From NCBI GenBank assembly GCA_009103225.1, contig RHPI01003369.1, positions 317,500 to 381,499 of the forward strand: 64,000 bases of DNA. The letters run 5' to 3'. Position numbers and translations under genes: made by a program. The notes under the pieces were generated by a model, which saw only the letters and a list, made by a program, of their open reading frames with translations, had not been told where the DNA came from and searched no databases. Below are positions 1 through 13,500 of the stretch, in pieces (within the stretch, counting starts at the first letter, position 1; each line of letters starts with the position of its first letter). Origin of the DNA: Chlorokybus atmophyticus (Eukaryota; Plantae; Mesostigma and Chlorokybus algae).

Positions 1-360
1 CCTCCGCTGCTCACGCATGCACCAACATGCAAGCCATAAACACAGGATGACATGCAGCCAGCCACTAACCAGGACAAGTTGGTTGGTTGGTTAATTGATC
101 TTTGCCTCTTTGACCAGGCTGGTTCACTGTGCAATTGTCGCCATGACGCCCAATACGCCGCCGCCCGACTGCCGCCAAACAAGGCGAACAACAACCCAAA
201 AATGAAAACTAGCCGTTGCAGGAATAAGTGAGATACATACCGTACCTCGAGTACGATGCGGCTGATGTAACTGATTGATGACGTAATTGGAATTGTAGCG
301 CTACTGCGTGACTTGCCACGTGTTCGCAGCACATTGCGCCACGGCCGCCAGCGTCCATCC

Positions 361-1223
361 ATGGCGGCGGCGGGGGTGGCGGCGCCCGTGGCGGCGGCGG
401 TGTTCCTGCTGCTGGCATTAGCGCAGTTGGCGGCTGTCGTCTACACCTGCGCCACTACTGGCTCGCCCTTCAAACGAGAGGTACACCAGACAATGTGTGA
501 CACGCGAACACACGCATGCACACAAGCACACGCACATTGTTCCTGTTGAGGATCACATTGCGGTTATCGGAATCAGAATTGCTTGTGAAGATGCTTCAGC
601 ACATACTCCTCATAGGTGTGGGAGGGGCCTTGGATGAAGACTACGCTGCTGGACTTCTACCTGAACGTCGTGGCGATATCGCTGTGGGTTTGCTACAAGG
701 AGAGGAGCAACGTGGGGAAGATTTTGTGGGTCGCCGCATTGGTCTGCACCGGAAGGTATGTGCACACAGACGAGTCTCGCGCAAGCGCGGTTGCTTTGAG
801 CATTGATTCTTGCATGTGTGCGCGCGCCAATATTCGTGCCCACTTTGCAAATGACATGTGCTGTACGGGTCATAATTCATGCATGCACGCCCGCATGCGT
901 GCCACTTGCATGCAAGCATGCATGCGTGCCACCTGTATTTATGCGCATATCGTGTATTGTGTCGTATTCTACTATGCAGGCATTGTACAACTGACAACAC
1001 ATGTACATGTCCTGTTCTGGCAGCGTGGCCACACACTTCTACCTGTTCCTCCAGGCGCTCCGGCTGCCGCGCAACCAGCCGCTGCACAGAATGCTGTCCA
1101 GAGAACCAGCCTTTAGGTACGCCTGTGTTGGGCTTGGCAAGACAACTGCTGTCACCTGTTTCTCATTTCCATGACATATTGATGGTTTTTTTTTTGGCTT
1201 TCTTGGCTAGAGAAGCCCCTTAG
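361..1223 (+). CDS. Small multi-pass membrane protein, DUF1475-like (4 exons)
   Basis: Spliced by eye: MAAAGVAAPVAAAVFLLLALAQLAAVVYTCATTGSPFKRE / VWEGPWMKTTLLDFYLNVVAISLWVCYKERSNVGKILWVAALVCTG / SVATHFYLFLQALRLP / REAP*. GT-AG junctions. The PWM..TL.DFY..W..YKE pattern is typical of DUF1475. Confidence 0.75.
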
Positions 1224-1878
1224 AAGAAGACCGGCTGCGGGCAGCTATGGCGTCATCATGAGATTAGCAAAAGGCATGGCCAGGCCAAGTTATGCTATGC
1301 CCAGCGTTGCATTATGGTTCGCGACCGGTTGAGTTTATACCGATTGGCTTCTGGTTGTAAGACCTACTAGGCCAAAGCAAGTGAGCTTCTTCATAACATC
1401 ACGATGTGTGTGCATGTCACCTGAGCAGACGCGATCTTGTATGGGCGCGCAAAAGGCACAACGGGTCGATCACATTGTCCCCAACAAGTGACTCAACAAC
1501 TAGTTTGATAGGTCAAGCAACGGAACAGTACGCACTCAACACTATCACTGTGCCTGCTGGAGACAGTAGTACACGTGCATGCACATCACACATATACGCG
1601 CAGTCTGTATATGTACATACACAATAAGACGAACAAAATGGTATTGCGTATACACAAGTGCATTATCAGCCAAGTGGCATCATACTGTTGGAGGGTTAAC
1701 TTCGTACGCATGCGAATCAGTTGGTTCCCACATGGTGCAAGCACAAACTTGTCCTTGCAACGACAAGAGTACTCCTGCACACGTGCTAATGTCTGCACAC
1801 ACATACACAGCTTGATGTCCTTCGCCGCATGCACACATGTGCACACGCACAACCGCGCACATTCCCCCCCCTTGCCTG

Positions 1879-3771
1879 CTACGACACCTTGGCGACCTTG
1901 CGCTTTTCTCTCGTGCCTGTGACAGGGCACTGCATCTCCTGCCACGAGACGGGCACCATCGGCGCCGCCGCCCCCGCCACAGCGGACGCGGCTGAGGCGG
2001 AGGCGGAGCGCGCGAACACCACGCCGAGCTCGTTGCGCGCCGTGGAGAGGTAGTACGAACGCGCGTCACCAAGCGAAACCACCTGCAATGTGGGTCTGTC
2101 ATGGATTTCGTGTCAACAGAGGCAGTTGCATGTCATTTCACTCAACAGTACTCCATCTACAATACTCAGCAAGGGTGATGCATGTGATACGTGAACAGAG
2201 TTGCGGGCAGTGTGAGAGTGATGACTGTACAAGTTGTTTGACAGAGTTGCTGATCGATGGAAACAAAGAAGCAATGAGCTACAGATTAATGGTGTGGACA
2301 AAAGAACACATATCAAATTGATTGAGTGCATACCACTGTGTGAATTCATTGATGCATGCAAGCTTGATTGCTATGGTTCATCCCCCAACGTGCCAGCAGG
2401 CTAGCAAACTCTCACCTCGGCGCGCACAATGTCCCCAGGGCGGAAGCACGAGTACATGTCCACCTTGTCAATCTCCGTTGCACGAACGTCCTGAACCCTG
2501 CACGATAACCAAACAACTTCGTTGTCGCACACGTTGCGAACATAGCAATGTGACCCAATGGCGTGCAACTCTCGTACAAGAGACTTTGCATCACAAAACA
2601 AGCAATGCTTGTTGCTTATTGCGGATGTTGGCATTCTGGTAACACGGCTCACACCTTATGATCCCTGAGAACGCCTCATCTGTAGGGTCTGCACCAACGC
2701 ACAAAATGGCAGCTGTTGCAAGCCTTGGCGTCACTCGCAACACCCTGCCAGAGACACAATGAGCATGATTATTGGTTAACAATGGGCATGAACTAGTTTG
2801 CAAGCTCACGCACACGGACACAACAGCACACATGCACGCACGCACGCATGTGCGCGCGGACATGCATGCGCGCGTGTGCATGCGTGTGTGCGCATGCACA
2901 CACGCACACATGCAAGTGCGGATGCACACACACAATCTCTTTCATACGCAATCCAAGTGCATCGTGCCTGCAGGTGACTATTGCGCCCGGCGATGGCACG
3001 CCAGCGCTCTGGTTCCGATGGTGTCGCGCTACGCTGACCGTTGGCCTTTGGTCCTTGTCCTTCGGTTCCGCTGGCTCCCACCTAAACAAGCAATCACAAG
3101 AGCGTAACCACACGACGCAAAGATGGCCATCAAGAGCTATGACATTACACGGTCTCTGTATGCTGTCGCACACTGTCACAACCATATCCACACTGTCAAA
3201 ATCGTCTTGTGGATGGCATGCATATGCGCAGGCAGCCGACAAGCGCACTCTCATACTGTACGCGAGCATGCACGCACATGACCTAGAAGGCGACGTCACT
3301 CTCATCTGAAATCGCATTGATGCATTGTTAAATGGTTTTGAAGACTGATTGATAGGTACTCCCTGTGTGATAAGCTGTGATGCATACACCCGCAACTCCG
3401 TTGTGTGAAACACTGCTGTTCAGGCCAGCTCAACGCTGTATTTGCGATACGACACACTGGCCAGCTAATGTAACTCAAGCAAGCAGACAACTACACAATC
3501 CACTGTGCTGCTGCACTGTTCTCACCTGACGGCTCCAACCACAGCAGCATACACGCCGCCGTCCTCCCTCTCCAGCGCACCGTTGCCCGCCCGACACTCC
3601 GCCGACGAACCAAGCCGATCACCTGGCCAACAACACCAACATGCATGCCTTCAACAATAACATCACCACCACAATCAGCAGCAGTGAACAGCAGGCAGAC
3701 AAGCCAACAGGCAGTGCCCATGCTCAGGCACCTGGCACGGCCACGGACGGCGTCGTTGTTGCCGCCGGCAT
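1879..3771 (-). CDS. CSL4: Exosome complex component CSL4 (spliced)
   Basis: Exons: [28 protein letters not shown]; [27 protein letters not shown]; [26 protein letters not shown]; [24 protein letters not shown]; [25 protein letters not shown]. These match the S1 and Zn-ribbon signature of Csl4. Confidence 0.95.
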
Positions 3772-4178
3772 GGTCTAGCAGCTGGCCACGCGCAGTGATG
3801 GCAAGCTGCTTGCTTTCCCCGGCGACAGCCCCGCTTCCGGCACTGACACTGGCAGCGACAAGCAGGAGGACAAGCGCAAAACTTGCATTGTGCTTTGCTC
3901 CGGCGGTGGCGGCGGCGACGGCGGGGAGGTCGTTGGTGTCGGTCAAGTCGGCGGTGACAGCGTTGCGGTGTACAGGCAGCTTGCGGCGTTTAACTCGAGC
4001 TTCAGCTTACAGGTTGCTTCAAGTAAGTAGCTGAGAGTTTGAGTGTGTGTGCACGTGTGTGACGCTACAGCTCACTACAGCCTGCTACTGGCTGAAGTGA
4101 GCTGCATTTCAGCTTCGTGTTTGGTATGTTGGTGAGTTGGTCATTGGGTTTCAGGTTCACGGTTGTGCTACAGCGGCA

Positions 4179-7100
4179 ATGGCTGCTTCTGACGGCTCCG
4201 GCATCATGCAGCTGAACGGGTACCTTCAGGCAAGTACCTGTTAGTTCAACTTAGTTGACGAGTCCAGCAGTCACTCTCAGTGCTGCCTTGGCAATAGTGA
4301 CATGGCTGTTTTGCTGCTGAGCACGCTTGTCTGCTGCTTGCATTGGCTGGATGATGTGACATATTGTCAAACAATGACAATGTATGCGTTTCACAGGCTG
4401 CCCGTCAAGCGCTGCTGTCCGGAACTGCCCAATGCACTGTTGTGCTTGGCAATGAATCCGCCGGTAAGCTGGCAGTCACAGCGTTGGCATTCAATGTCAA
4501 CCGTCCTATGTGCGACACTGTGCACCAAGTGTCTCAACGACTGAGACTTTGAGTCATGCTTCGGTGCAAGCATGAACTGTTTGGGAGTAGCAGAACTATG
4601 ATTCAGATCAAGCAAGAAGCATAGTGGCTTTGACATGTTGTGAACCAGCGCATAAACGACTCGTGCTCATGCTCAAGCCTGAGCTAAACATAAAAGTGAA
4701 CCGTTTCGTTTACCTTCGTGTAGATCTCGACTCAATGGTGGCTGCCATTACGTACGCCTACCTGCTGCACTTTCTGAAGCAAAAGACGGAGGACGCGGGC
4801 GTGGCGGTGCCGGTCATCAACTGCCCCCGCGCAGACTTCCCGCTTCGCACCGAAGCCGCGGAGCTGTTCAAGGAGCTAAAGATCGACACGACCGCTTTCG
4901 TCTTCATAGACGAGGCACGGATGCTTCATCGGTGTATACGTGTTTGGATGGCTGAAGCTTGCGTGCTGATGTGTGCTCTTGATCTTGCGTGCATGCAGGT
5001 TGAGTTGAGCAAGGTGCATGCGGCCGGCAACTTGAAGCTCGTGCTCGTGGACCACAACAAGCTGAGCTCTGCTCAAGAGGTGAGCACCTTACTTTACCCT
5101 TTTAAGTTGGATGTAACCATACATGATGCGACTGTTTGTTATGGTCTTGCTAGGGCTTGGCGAGTGCCGTCGTGGAAATCGTGGATCATCACAAGGTATA
5201 TATGCCGCTGTTGTGCTGTGGAGTGTGTTTTCTTGAGTATGTACAATTGGTTAACTAAGCCGAATCTCGGTTGCCCATTGCAGGATGAGGGGCTGTACTC
5301 TTCTGCTAAGAAAAACATTCAGCAAGTAAGCGGAGCAATGTATTCATCCAGAGCATGCTGCATCAATCCCAAAGCTAGTTGTCTCTTTTGTTCTTTGGGA
5401 GCAAGTGCGGATCGCTGTGCGCTTATCAGTCTGTTGCAATGTAGGTTGGTTCCTGCACAACATTGGTTGCGGAGAAGGTCTCCGAGGAGGCTGCCGAGGA
5501 ACTTATGTTTGATCTTGACTTTGACAAACTGATGGTAAAGCATGCCGATGCTGCTATCTCACAAATGTGCATGCTTATGAACTATGTCATCAACGCTCAA
5601 TGTTCATTGAATTCTGTGATCTCCCCAACAGTTGGCTCCCATCCTGCTTGACACGGGCGGCTTGGACGCGTCAACCTCACGCTGCACGCCTCAGGATGAG
5701 ATCATGGCCGCTCTGCTCGTGCGCGGCGCCGGTCAGCTCAAGAAGGAGGGCTTCTACAAGCAGCGTAAGTCTTGTCATCATCATCACCACCACCACCTCC
5801 ACCATCAACATCATCAGTGTTGTGCGTGCTGTTGCCAAGTATCACATCAGGCTTTTCAATGGACATGTACATCCTCAGAGTGATGACCACATAAGCACAA
5901 GGTTAGAAGGCTAGCGTGCATGTCACTGAAGTCAGTTTATGGTTGTACCTCTGCAGTGACAGCCACAATGAAGTAAATCCGCGTTGCGGGCTGCACGGCG
6001 CTACCTCGCCCTGCCATCAAGTGTTGTAGCTGTACTGTAGTCAATAAAACTATGCACATATCTAGGTGGCCCAGGCTGAACACAACAGACATTGTAGTTG
6101 GGTTATATTTGCCAGATTGGTTTCATCAATCCAGAGTGTGTTAGCATGTGCTCTGTTGTAATGCGGGTTATGCATGAACCTGCATTGCTGGCAGTGCGAG
6201 ACCTCAAAGTGGACGCATCCAAGCTTACCACTGAAGACTTGCTTCGCAAAGACTACAAACAGGTGCTGTATCCAGATGCTACTTCTTTTCTCCCACATCA
6301 TGCCCAGCATGATTCACCACTATTCACTTGCAACAGCCATACACAACAACCAAAAGTTGTGCACTTGGAGGAGAGTGATTTTTATTGCTTACTGTTAATG
6401 TTGCAGGCTGAAGTCAATGGGACGCACATCGGGGTCAGTGCCGTTGGGTTGAAGCTGGAGGAGTTTCTAAAGAAGGATTCCCAGCTTGAAGCCGCTCTCC
6501 ATGCTTTTAGAGGTGTGTACTTGGTGCTTGTGCAGCATGTTGCTGCACGTTTTGCAGTTTTGCGTTGCAAGTATACTTGGCAATGCAGAATGATGCACCC
6601 AAACGTATACTGCTTTGCATGCTGTGACCAATCACACGGACAGTATATACCACATGCACACATGCGTTATCTCCAAATCACTGCTGCATGCACCGCACTC
6701 TTTGCATGTTTTACTGGTTTCAGCATTGTTGCTTTTGGCAATGTGTGTACACATGCTATGTGCAGGCCAGCGCGGATGCCAAGTGTTGGTTGTCATGCTA
6801 TATCACTATGTTGATGACAACTTCAAGGTACAGGGCTCGTTGCAAAATTCATGTGACTCTAGTTTGCATGCTGGCAGTTGTTGCCTGAGCATCATGCAAT
6901 GCTACACTGATACCCTCAACTTGCACAGCGTGAGCTGGCGATTGTGTCTGAAGATGAGCAAACAGCGGATGCATTGGCCAGCAACCTGCAGTCAGCTGAG
7001 GCTGAGCTGCAGCTGGTGCCTATGCAAGTCTCAGGTGACAAAGGACATGTCCGCGCGCAAGCGGTAGCTTGATTGTGACCATGACAGTGCTCTGCAATGA

Positions 7101-7238
7101 GCCGCTCTCACGCAGTCTAAGTATCTCTGTTGTGCAGGCTTGTCGCCAGCTGTAAAGACATTTCAGCAGCAAAACTTGACCAAGTCCCGCAAGGTCATAC
7201 TGCCTCTTACTGTGGACTTTTTCAAGAACAAGCGGTGA
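4179..7238 (+). CDS. PPX1: Exopolyphosphatase PPX1/PRUNE-like, DHH/DHHA2 family (spliced)
   Basis: Motifs GNESA-DLDS, LVLVDHN, VEIVDHH, VGSCATLVAE, ILLDTG, DLLRKDYKQ and C-terminal SRKVILP. Stop TGA at 7236-7238. Two GC-AG introns are needed to keep the frame. Confidence 0.92.
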
Positions 7239-7577
7239 CCTGTCACTATCTGGTTGCGATTTTTCTTGCAACAAGGATGCCAGCTGACTACAAAGTCAGT
7301 GCTGATTGGGTTGCAGCATGTCGTTGTTGTAGCATGGAAACATGGTGACACACATGTACACTGGTTGCAATTGATACGAGTACCTGGACGTGTACCATAT
7401 ACTGCTTGCTTGTGTCATATTGTTTACCCATTGCTTACCCTTCACAACGCCCTTCAACATGTATCTGCTGCCAGCTTCGCATGAAGCTAGTTGTCCACCT
7501 TATCAATCTCCATTGTTGCACTTTGAGTTGAACTAGGGCATCAATATGTTGCAACGTCAATGTGTAGCTACGCATGC

Positions 7578-10500
7578 TTACAACAGCTCGCTTATTGGGG
7601 AACGGTCCATCAGCGTTGCGGCCTGCCTTGCACTCCTGCGGAGCGTCGTAGGCAACTGCGTGATGTGCGTGATCTGAAACACAAGTACAGTCATGAGCAA
7701 AAAGGCAGAGGTATGTCTTTGTTTCAAGGCAGCGTCCATCAGTGCATGCAGTCAGACGTGCAAGAGTCCATACATCCTGCATAAGCGCAATTAAGAGCAA
7801 CATTAGCGCAGGTCACTAGAGCATTGCATTGCCTTCAAGTACCTGAGCCAGCAGGTCTGCTACACGTCTCAGCAACCTGGCAGCATCTCCGTCGTCGAGG
7901 TTCGCATCATTCATCACCTGTATACAAGCAGTAAGTGGTGTCATCGACTTGGCAACACTCTCCTGTGAACCAATCATCCCAAAACGCGCATCCAGGTAAG
8001 CAGTTACAATGCTTGCATACTACTTGAGCTAGCAAGGCTGCAATGTTGCCGTGATGGTCTTGTTGAAACACGAGAGTTTGTCGTTCTGGTCCACACCACA
8101 AATCATGTATTACACAAGCTTACATCACCCGAGCGTAGTACCTGTTGCCATGTAGCTCCAGCTGCCCACGCCTCAACAAGTGCTGCTAACCTGGTGTCGA
8201 CCTCAACTGGAATCTGCACAGTGACATAATGAAACGTCAGCAGCAGCAGTATGACAACGCAAATACAAATAAAAAACACAAAACGCCATTCTACCTGGTT
8301 GCTTAACCGCGCCTGCAGGTTTCTTATATACATGCGACGGGGTTGCAACAGCCCGACAGCCGACATCACCGCCTCAGATGGCTCGTAATTGCACCTGAAT
8401 TGAGGGCCAAAGTTGGCAGTCATGTGTCACGCTTAATGTTTGTGCGCAACTCCAATGTATGTTGCCTACTGCGGTTACATAGCATACTTCAAGTTTAGCC
8501 GACCCACTGCCTCGTCTGTGACCAGTGCAGCTGCGACAGCAGCGAGGTGCTGCGGCGTGAGCTGCGACAGCGCAGGGCTCGTGAGTGCAACCGCCAGCCA
8601 CAGTTCGTTGCTTCCTCTGAGCTCAGCTGCCACCTGTACAAGCAAGTGCCTTCGTTGGCTTTGCAAAGAAGTAGATAGCTCACCAAGGATGAGTGGCTAT
8701 GAATCGTAGTTTGTCACAGGGACACATGCCGGGAAAGCACAAACAGACACAACCCAATTTTGCAGAGCTTGATCAGGCAGGTACCAACTGACAAGCCAAC
8801 GTACTTCTCCAAGATCAGTCAGTCTGAACTGGCGTCGCATCTGCTTGACGGTAGTGTTGGGTGCTTGCACGTTAACCTCGACAAGCGCCTTTGCGGCTAG
8901 GAGGACTTCAACCAACTGCGGGCAATGAAGACATCAGTCACCGACAAGTCCGCGACTTGTGGCCGAAACAATGTTTCTTTACCTGCATGAACTCATTCCA
9001 CCCTGACTTGTTGACCGAGCCTAACCGTGTTCGGAGCCGCTCGGCCTTGGCAAGCAGCCGCGAACCCTGCAGGTCAATTGGATTAAGCTTACATTCCATA
9101 CGACAGATGCAAGAAGGGTTGCCTGCGGGATAAGTGCTGCACTTTCAGGCCGCACACACTTCTGATATCTACAAACGGTGGTGCGTAGATGAAATCCAGA
9201 TGACTGGTTCGTCATCAACTGAACGCTGTGAATGACAACAATCCACAGCAATCCATATGTTTTGTTGCAATGACGAGGTTACGATAAGGAGCCTGCACAT
9301 TGTTGAATGTGCATGGAGTCTCTCTGTTACTGGCCACTGCACATGATGTGAGCAAGTCAAGTTGACAGAACCCTTGAAAGCTGGGCGGAGTACCTGAGAG
9401 CTTCTGATCTTTGTCTTTTTGACAGCCTTCTTAAGCGGCCAGTAAGCTGGACAAGACCTCATAGCTCGTTTCGCTTCCGATGCGCGTGTGCGCTGCAACA
9501 AAGAGACAAATGCATCCAATGAAAACACTGCTCATGTCCAACAATGCGGGACAGCAATTGCCGTCCTGCAGAGCAATGCTGATAACAGATCTAATGTGTT
9601 GCACTCACCACTTCTTCAATCTCAGCCTCAAGAGCCTTCAAGTTGTCATCATCAATGTTTAAGCCGCTTTCCACCGCATGAACCATCAACTCATCTGGCA
9701 TGCACACTGACCGTTAGCAACAAAAACTTGCAGCTTGTAAGTGCAGAGGAGCACAGTGATTGATGGTAGGAGTTGTGTGTGCCACAATGCAGTACCTGCA
9801 GTAGGCAAATCATCCACCAAGTCTGCTGTCAACTCTGAGCCCTTCAGCTGCAGTGCCAAATCCAGCGCTCCGCCCATGCCTGAGCGAGGCACCTCTGACC
9901 ATGGTTGCCGTATTGTCGGCTTCCTGCGGCTGCACACGTACGTGGATGAATTACCCATTCCTCTTGCCGACACCAGCTTCTTGCAAAGTAGAACAGACGT
10001 AGACAGTTCAGTGCAGAATTGCTGCCGGGTACCTGATTAAAGAAACTGCCTCTTGGAATTGCGGTTGCTTCGTAAAGTCATTTGCAGCAACGTGGCCGAT
10101 GTGTCCGGAACTAACCTGCCGATTGGCAATGCCAGCATTTGTTAGTGACTGTGCAAGATAAACCGCAGCAAACAACAACAACACATGAGAACAGCCTTAC
10201 CCGGTACCACTGGTTGTTTGCACCCAAACACAGATACTGTGCAGCTATCGCCGGCATAGCCTCTTCTTCATCTTGGTTGTCCGTTGTCAAGGCGTCACCA
10301 TCATCATCTTCATCTTCGTCCGCCTCATCATCATCCTCATCAGCATCTGAATGACCTCTTGCCAATGTACCATTCCCGCCAGCTTCCTCGCCATCACTGC
10401 CGTCATCATCTTCCTCATCCAGCAAGTGGTTTCGCCTGCATGTCAATGCTTTTATGACTTAAGGCTCCCAGGTGCATCAAACAGTTCTGCAAAAAGTGAT

Positions 10501-13500
10501 TTTGCAGAATGAATGAACAAACTTTGAAGGCCGCCAGCTGCCATACAAGCTCTGATCCACATCCAAAACCTGCCACAATGAGTTAGCTCAGACTCTTGAC
10601 AAGACTGTTTGCCACGCATTGACAAGCCAAGGGCAGTGATATCTCAACTGAGAACGACAACAAAGTTGAAACAACACCTCGATGTCGACCAAGAATGCAG
10701 GTAGCTCCTCAAAGGCGCCAGATGAGGTGTCGCCGAGGCGCAGAGTGACCAAAGGCATGCTACTTGCGTCCGCTGCTGGATGGAAAGATGCCAGTGCTGC
10801 AGCCACTTTCCTCGCCCGCTGACTGAGATACTGATGCTTGAGCCGTCGCAATGCCCTGGTTTCAGCTTTCCTTTTGGACTTTAGACGCACATAGTCTTCC
10901 CAATCCTCTGCACAGGTACAAGCCAATCGATAGCCGTACTGACTCTTTGCATCGGTTCACAACAAGGGCTGCATGTGACACTATCAGAATCTGGTGTCCT
11001 ACCTGCCGGGATCTCCTCCGGTGTTTGACCCAACTCCACATTAACATCAAGCAACCTGGCAGCCTGTGCATGTTGGTTGAGTCAAACTTCCTATACACCA
11101 ATTTGCGCTGCATTGCAGTAAGAGCAGAGGATACTCCTGCTTGCTTACAGCAACAGCAGCAGCAGCAGCAACGGCAACAGCAACAGCAACAAAGCACCTC
11201 TGCTTCAAGCGACTTGAGCTTGCGTAGAAGCCGCTGCTGGCCTTCGCTCCCAACGTAGTTACCAAAGCTCTTCTCCACAATCCGCTGAGCATCCTTGAGA
11301 GACCTTCCCTTGAGCAGGTTGAGGGCCATTCCATAACTGACAGTGAACTGAGACTTCAGCGGTTCTGGACCTGACAGGAGTATCTTTGCAGCTTCCTCAG
11401 CTCCCTCAAATGGCGATTGCACAATAATCTGTAAAACAAGAAGTTTGTAAAACACGTTTGCGGTTTGCAGGGCAAGATTTGCAGTCTCATACATGTCACG
11501 AACCGCATGCCCCACGCTGTCAAGCCCGCGCCGCCCGGCTCGCCCGGCGATTTGCAACAGGGTGTTGCTGCCAAGCAAAGCATGGCCTTCGTTGGTGCGT
11601 TTGGATAGCGTGGATATGCACACCGCGCGCGCCGGCATGTTGATCCCCGCTGCGAGCGTCTCCGTGGCAAACACAACCTTCAAGAGACCACGCTGGAAAA
11701 GTTCTTCTATGAGCACCTTCCACGCAGGCAAACAGCCTGTACGCGAGATGTATGTGTCATTTCGCATTGTCACAGTTGCAAAGGAACTGAAACACAATGC
11801 CCAGCGCGAGTTACAGTACCAGCATGATGCGCTGCAATGCCCTTGCACAGTGCTGCTACATGCTCTTCCGAGCGAAGCGTCTCGGGTGCTCTTGACCTTA
11901 GCTCCTCCACAGCTTGTGTGATCTCTTCAATTTCCTGATGACAGTTATAACAAGCAAACAACACAGTTGAGTTGTGCAAGTTGCCTGCGACATGTTCTGT
12001 AAACTTCATGCAAACAACTGACTCTGCAACTTCCTTCCTTGATATACTTACCGCTGTGGATACCAGAGTATCATACTCAAAGGCATAATTGACGGCCTCA
12101 TCGCAGCCGCGGCGACTAAAGATGACGTAGATCGCAGGAAGCATCTGATTCTCCCGCAGCTGTGCCAAGACGTTCTCGATGTGTGGCACCTGCGTGACAC
12201 AGCAACACGCAGTATGTCATCACTCAAAGGCCTCAACTCATCTGCTGCGCAGTGCTAAACAACAAATGCATACTGAGCGACGCCTGTCAGATGCATCGCC
12301 CTGAGACCCATCCCGTGGAAACCACTGTTGTTCTGAAGCAGTTTCAAGGAAGGTAAGTCCAATAGTCACAAAGCTTGTACGAGGCAGCATACAAAACGCA
12401 AATACCAACGTGTGTTTGTGAGGCCGGAGTGCAGGCGGTTTCCATCTCTGTTAAGCAATGGTTGCAATCCACTGCGAGTCATGAAGTGCCACAGCAGTGG
12501 CACTGGCCTGTGCTTCCAGGTGATGCATTCTGCCGGCATGTGAACCTGCACAAGTGTTGGGCTGATGTACCAACTGATAAAAGATGACTAAAGAGAACTG
12601 TGTGTTCTGCGACTTGCCTGCTCAATCCAATGGGTCAGGTCATCTGCATTGGCAACTGTAGCTGACAAGCACAACAGCTGAACATGCTGCGGACAGTAGA
12701 TCACAGACTCCTGCACACACACAAAGAGTAAGATGCCCTACAGTAGTTGGACGTAGAGGCATAAGGCCTCGCATAATTTAAACCTTGCTTGCTGTGCCAA
12801 GCAACTTACCTCCCACACTGTGCCCCTGTCCACGTCGCTGAGGTAATGCACCTCATCCAACACAATCACGCTAACGTCCTTGAGCCTCTCATCAGCGCTC
12901 TCACCTCCCGCACTGCAACATCACAATGTTCATTAACCTTAGGTACCCCATGCCACAATGCATCAATGCACAGATGGGTGGTCTTTGCATGTTACGACTG
13001 TTGATGGTCGCATATAATAGCTGTCCAGTCAACTGGATAACACGCCTAGGAGGGAAGGGTTCCCACCTTGTATACAACATGTTGCGAAGGATTTCAGTCG
13101 TCATGATGACCAACGGAGCATCTTTGTTTACGGCTGCATCGCCCGTCAACAAACCGACATTCTTTTCGCCAAACAGCAACCTGCGCATTTGTTTCACATG
13201 AGGAAGGCAACCTTGATCTCAGATGGTCAACACGTACACAGGATAGCTTAAACACAACTGGCAAGCTATAAACCCTTCATGAGGGATTTGCTGCTGCAAT
13301 ACTACAAAACACAGCCCCGTTCCCTCACCTAAAGTCCCGTAGTTTTTGATTGCTCAAGGCCTTGAGTGGTGTTGTGTATATCATTTTTTGCCCGCAAGCG
13401 AGCGCGTCAACAGCTGCAGCCTCCGCAATCACTGTCTTGCCAGAACTGGTGGGTGCACTGACGACAACAGACTTTCCGCGGTGCAACACATCGATGGCTT

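Noticed and set aside
1-210. Start of a divergent minus-strand gene at the left edge (ATG near 145)
   Set aside because: A stop follows after 6 codons and there is no convincing splice rescue; too little sequence is available.
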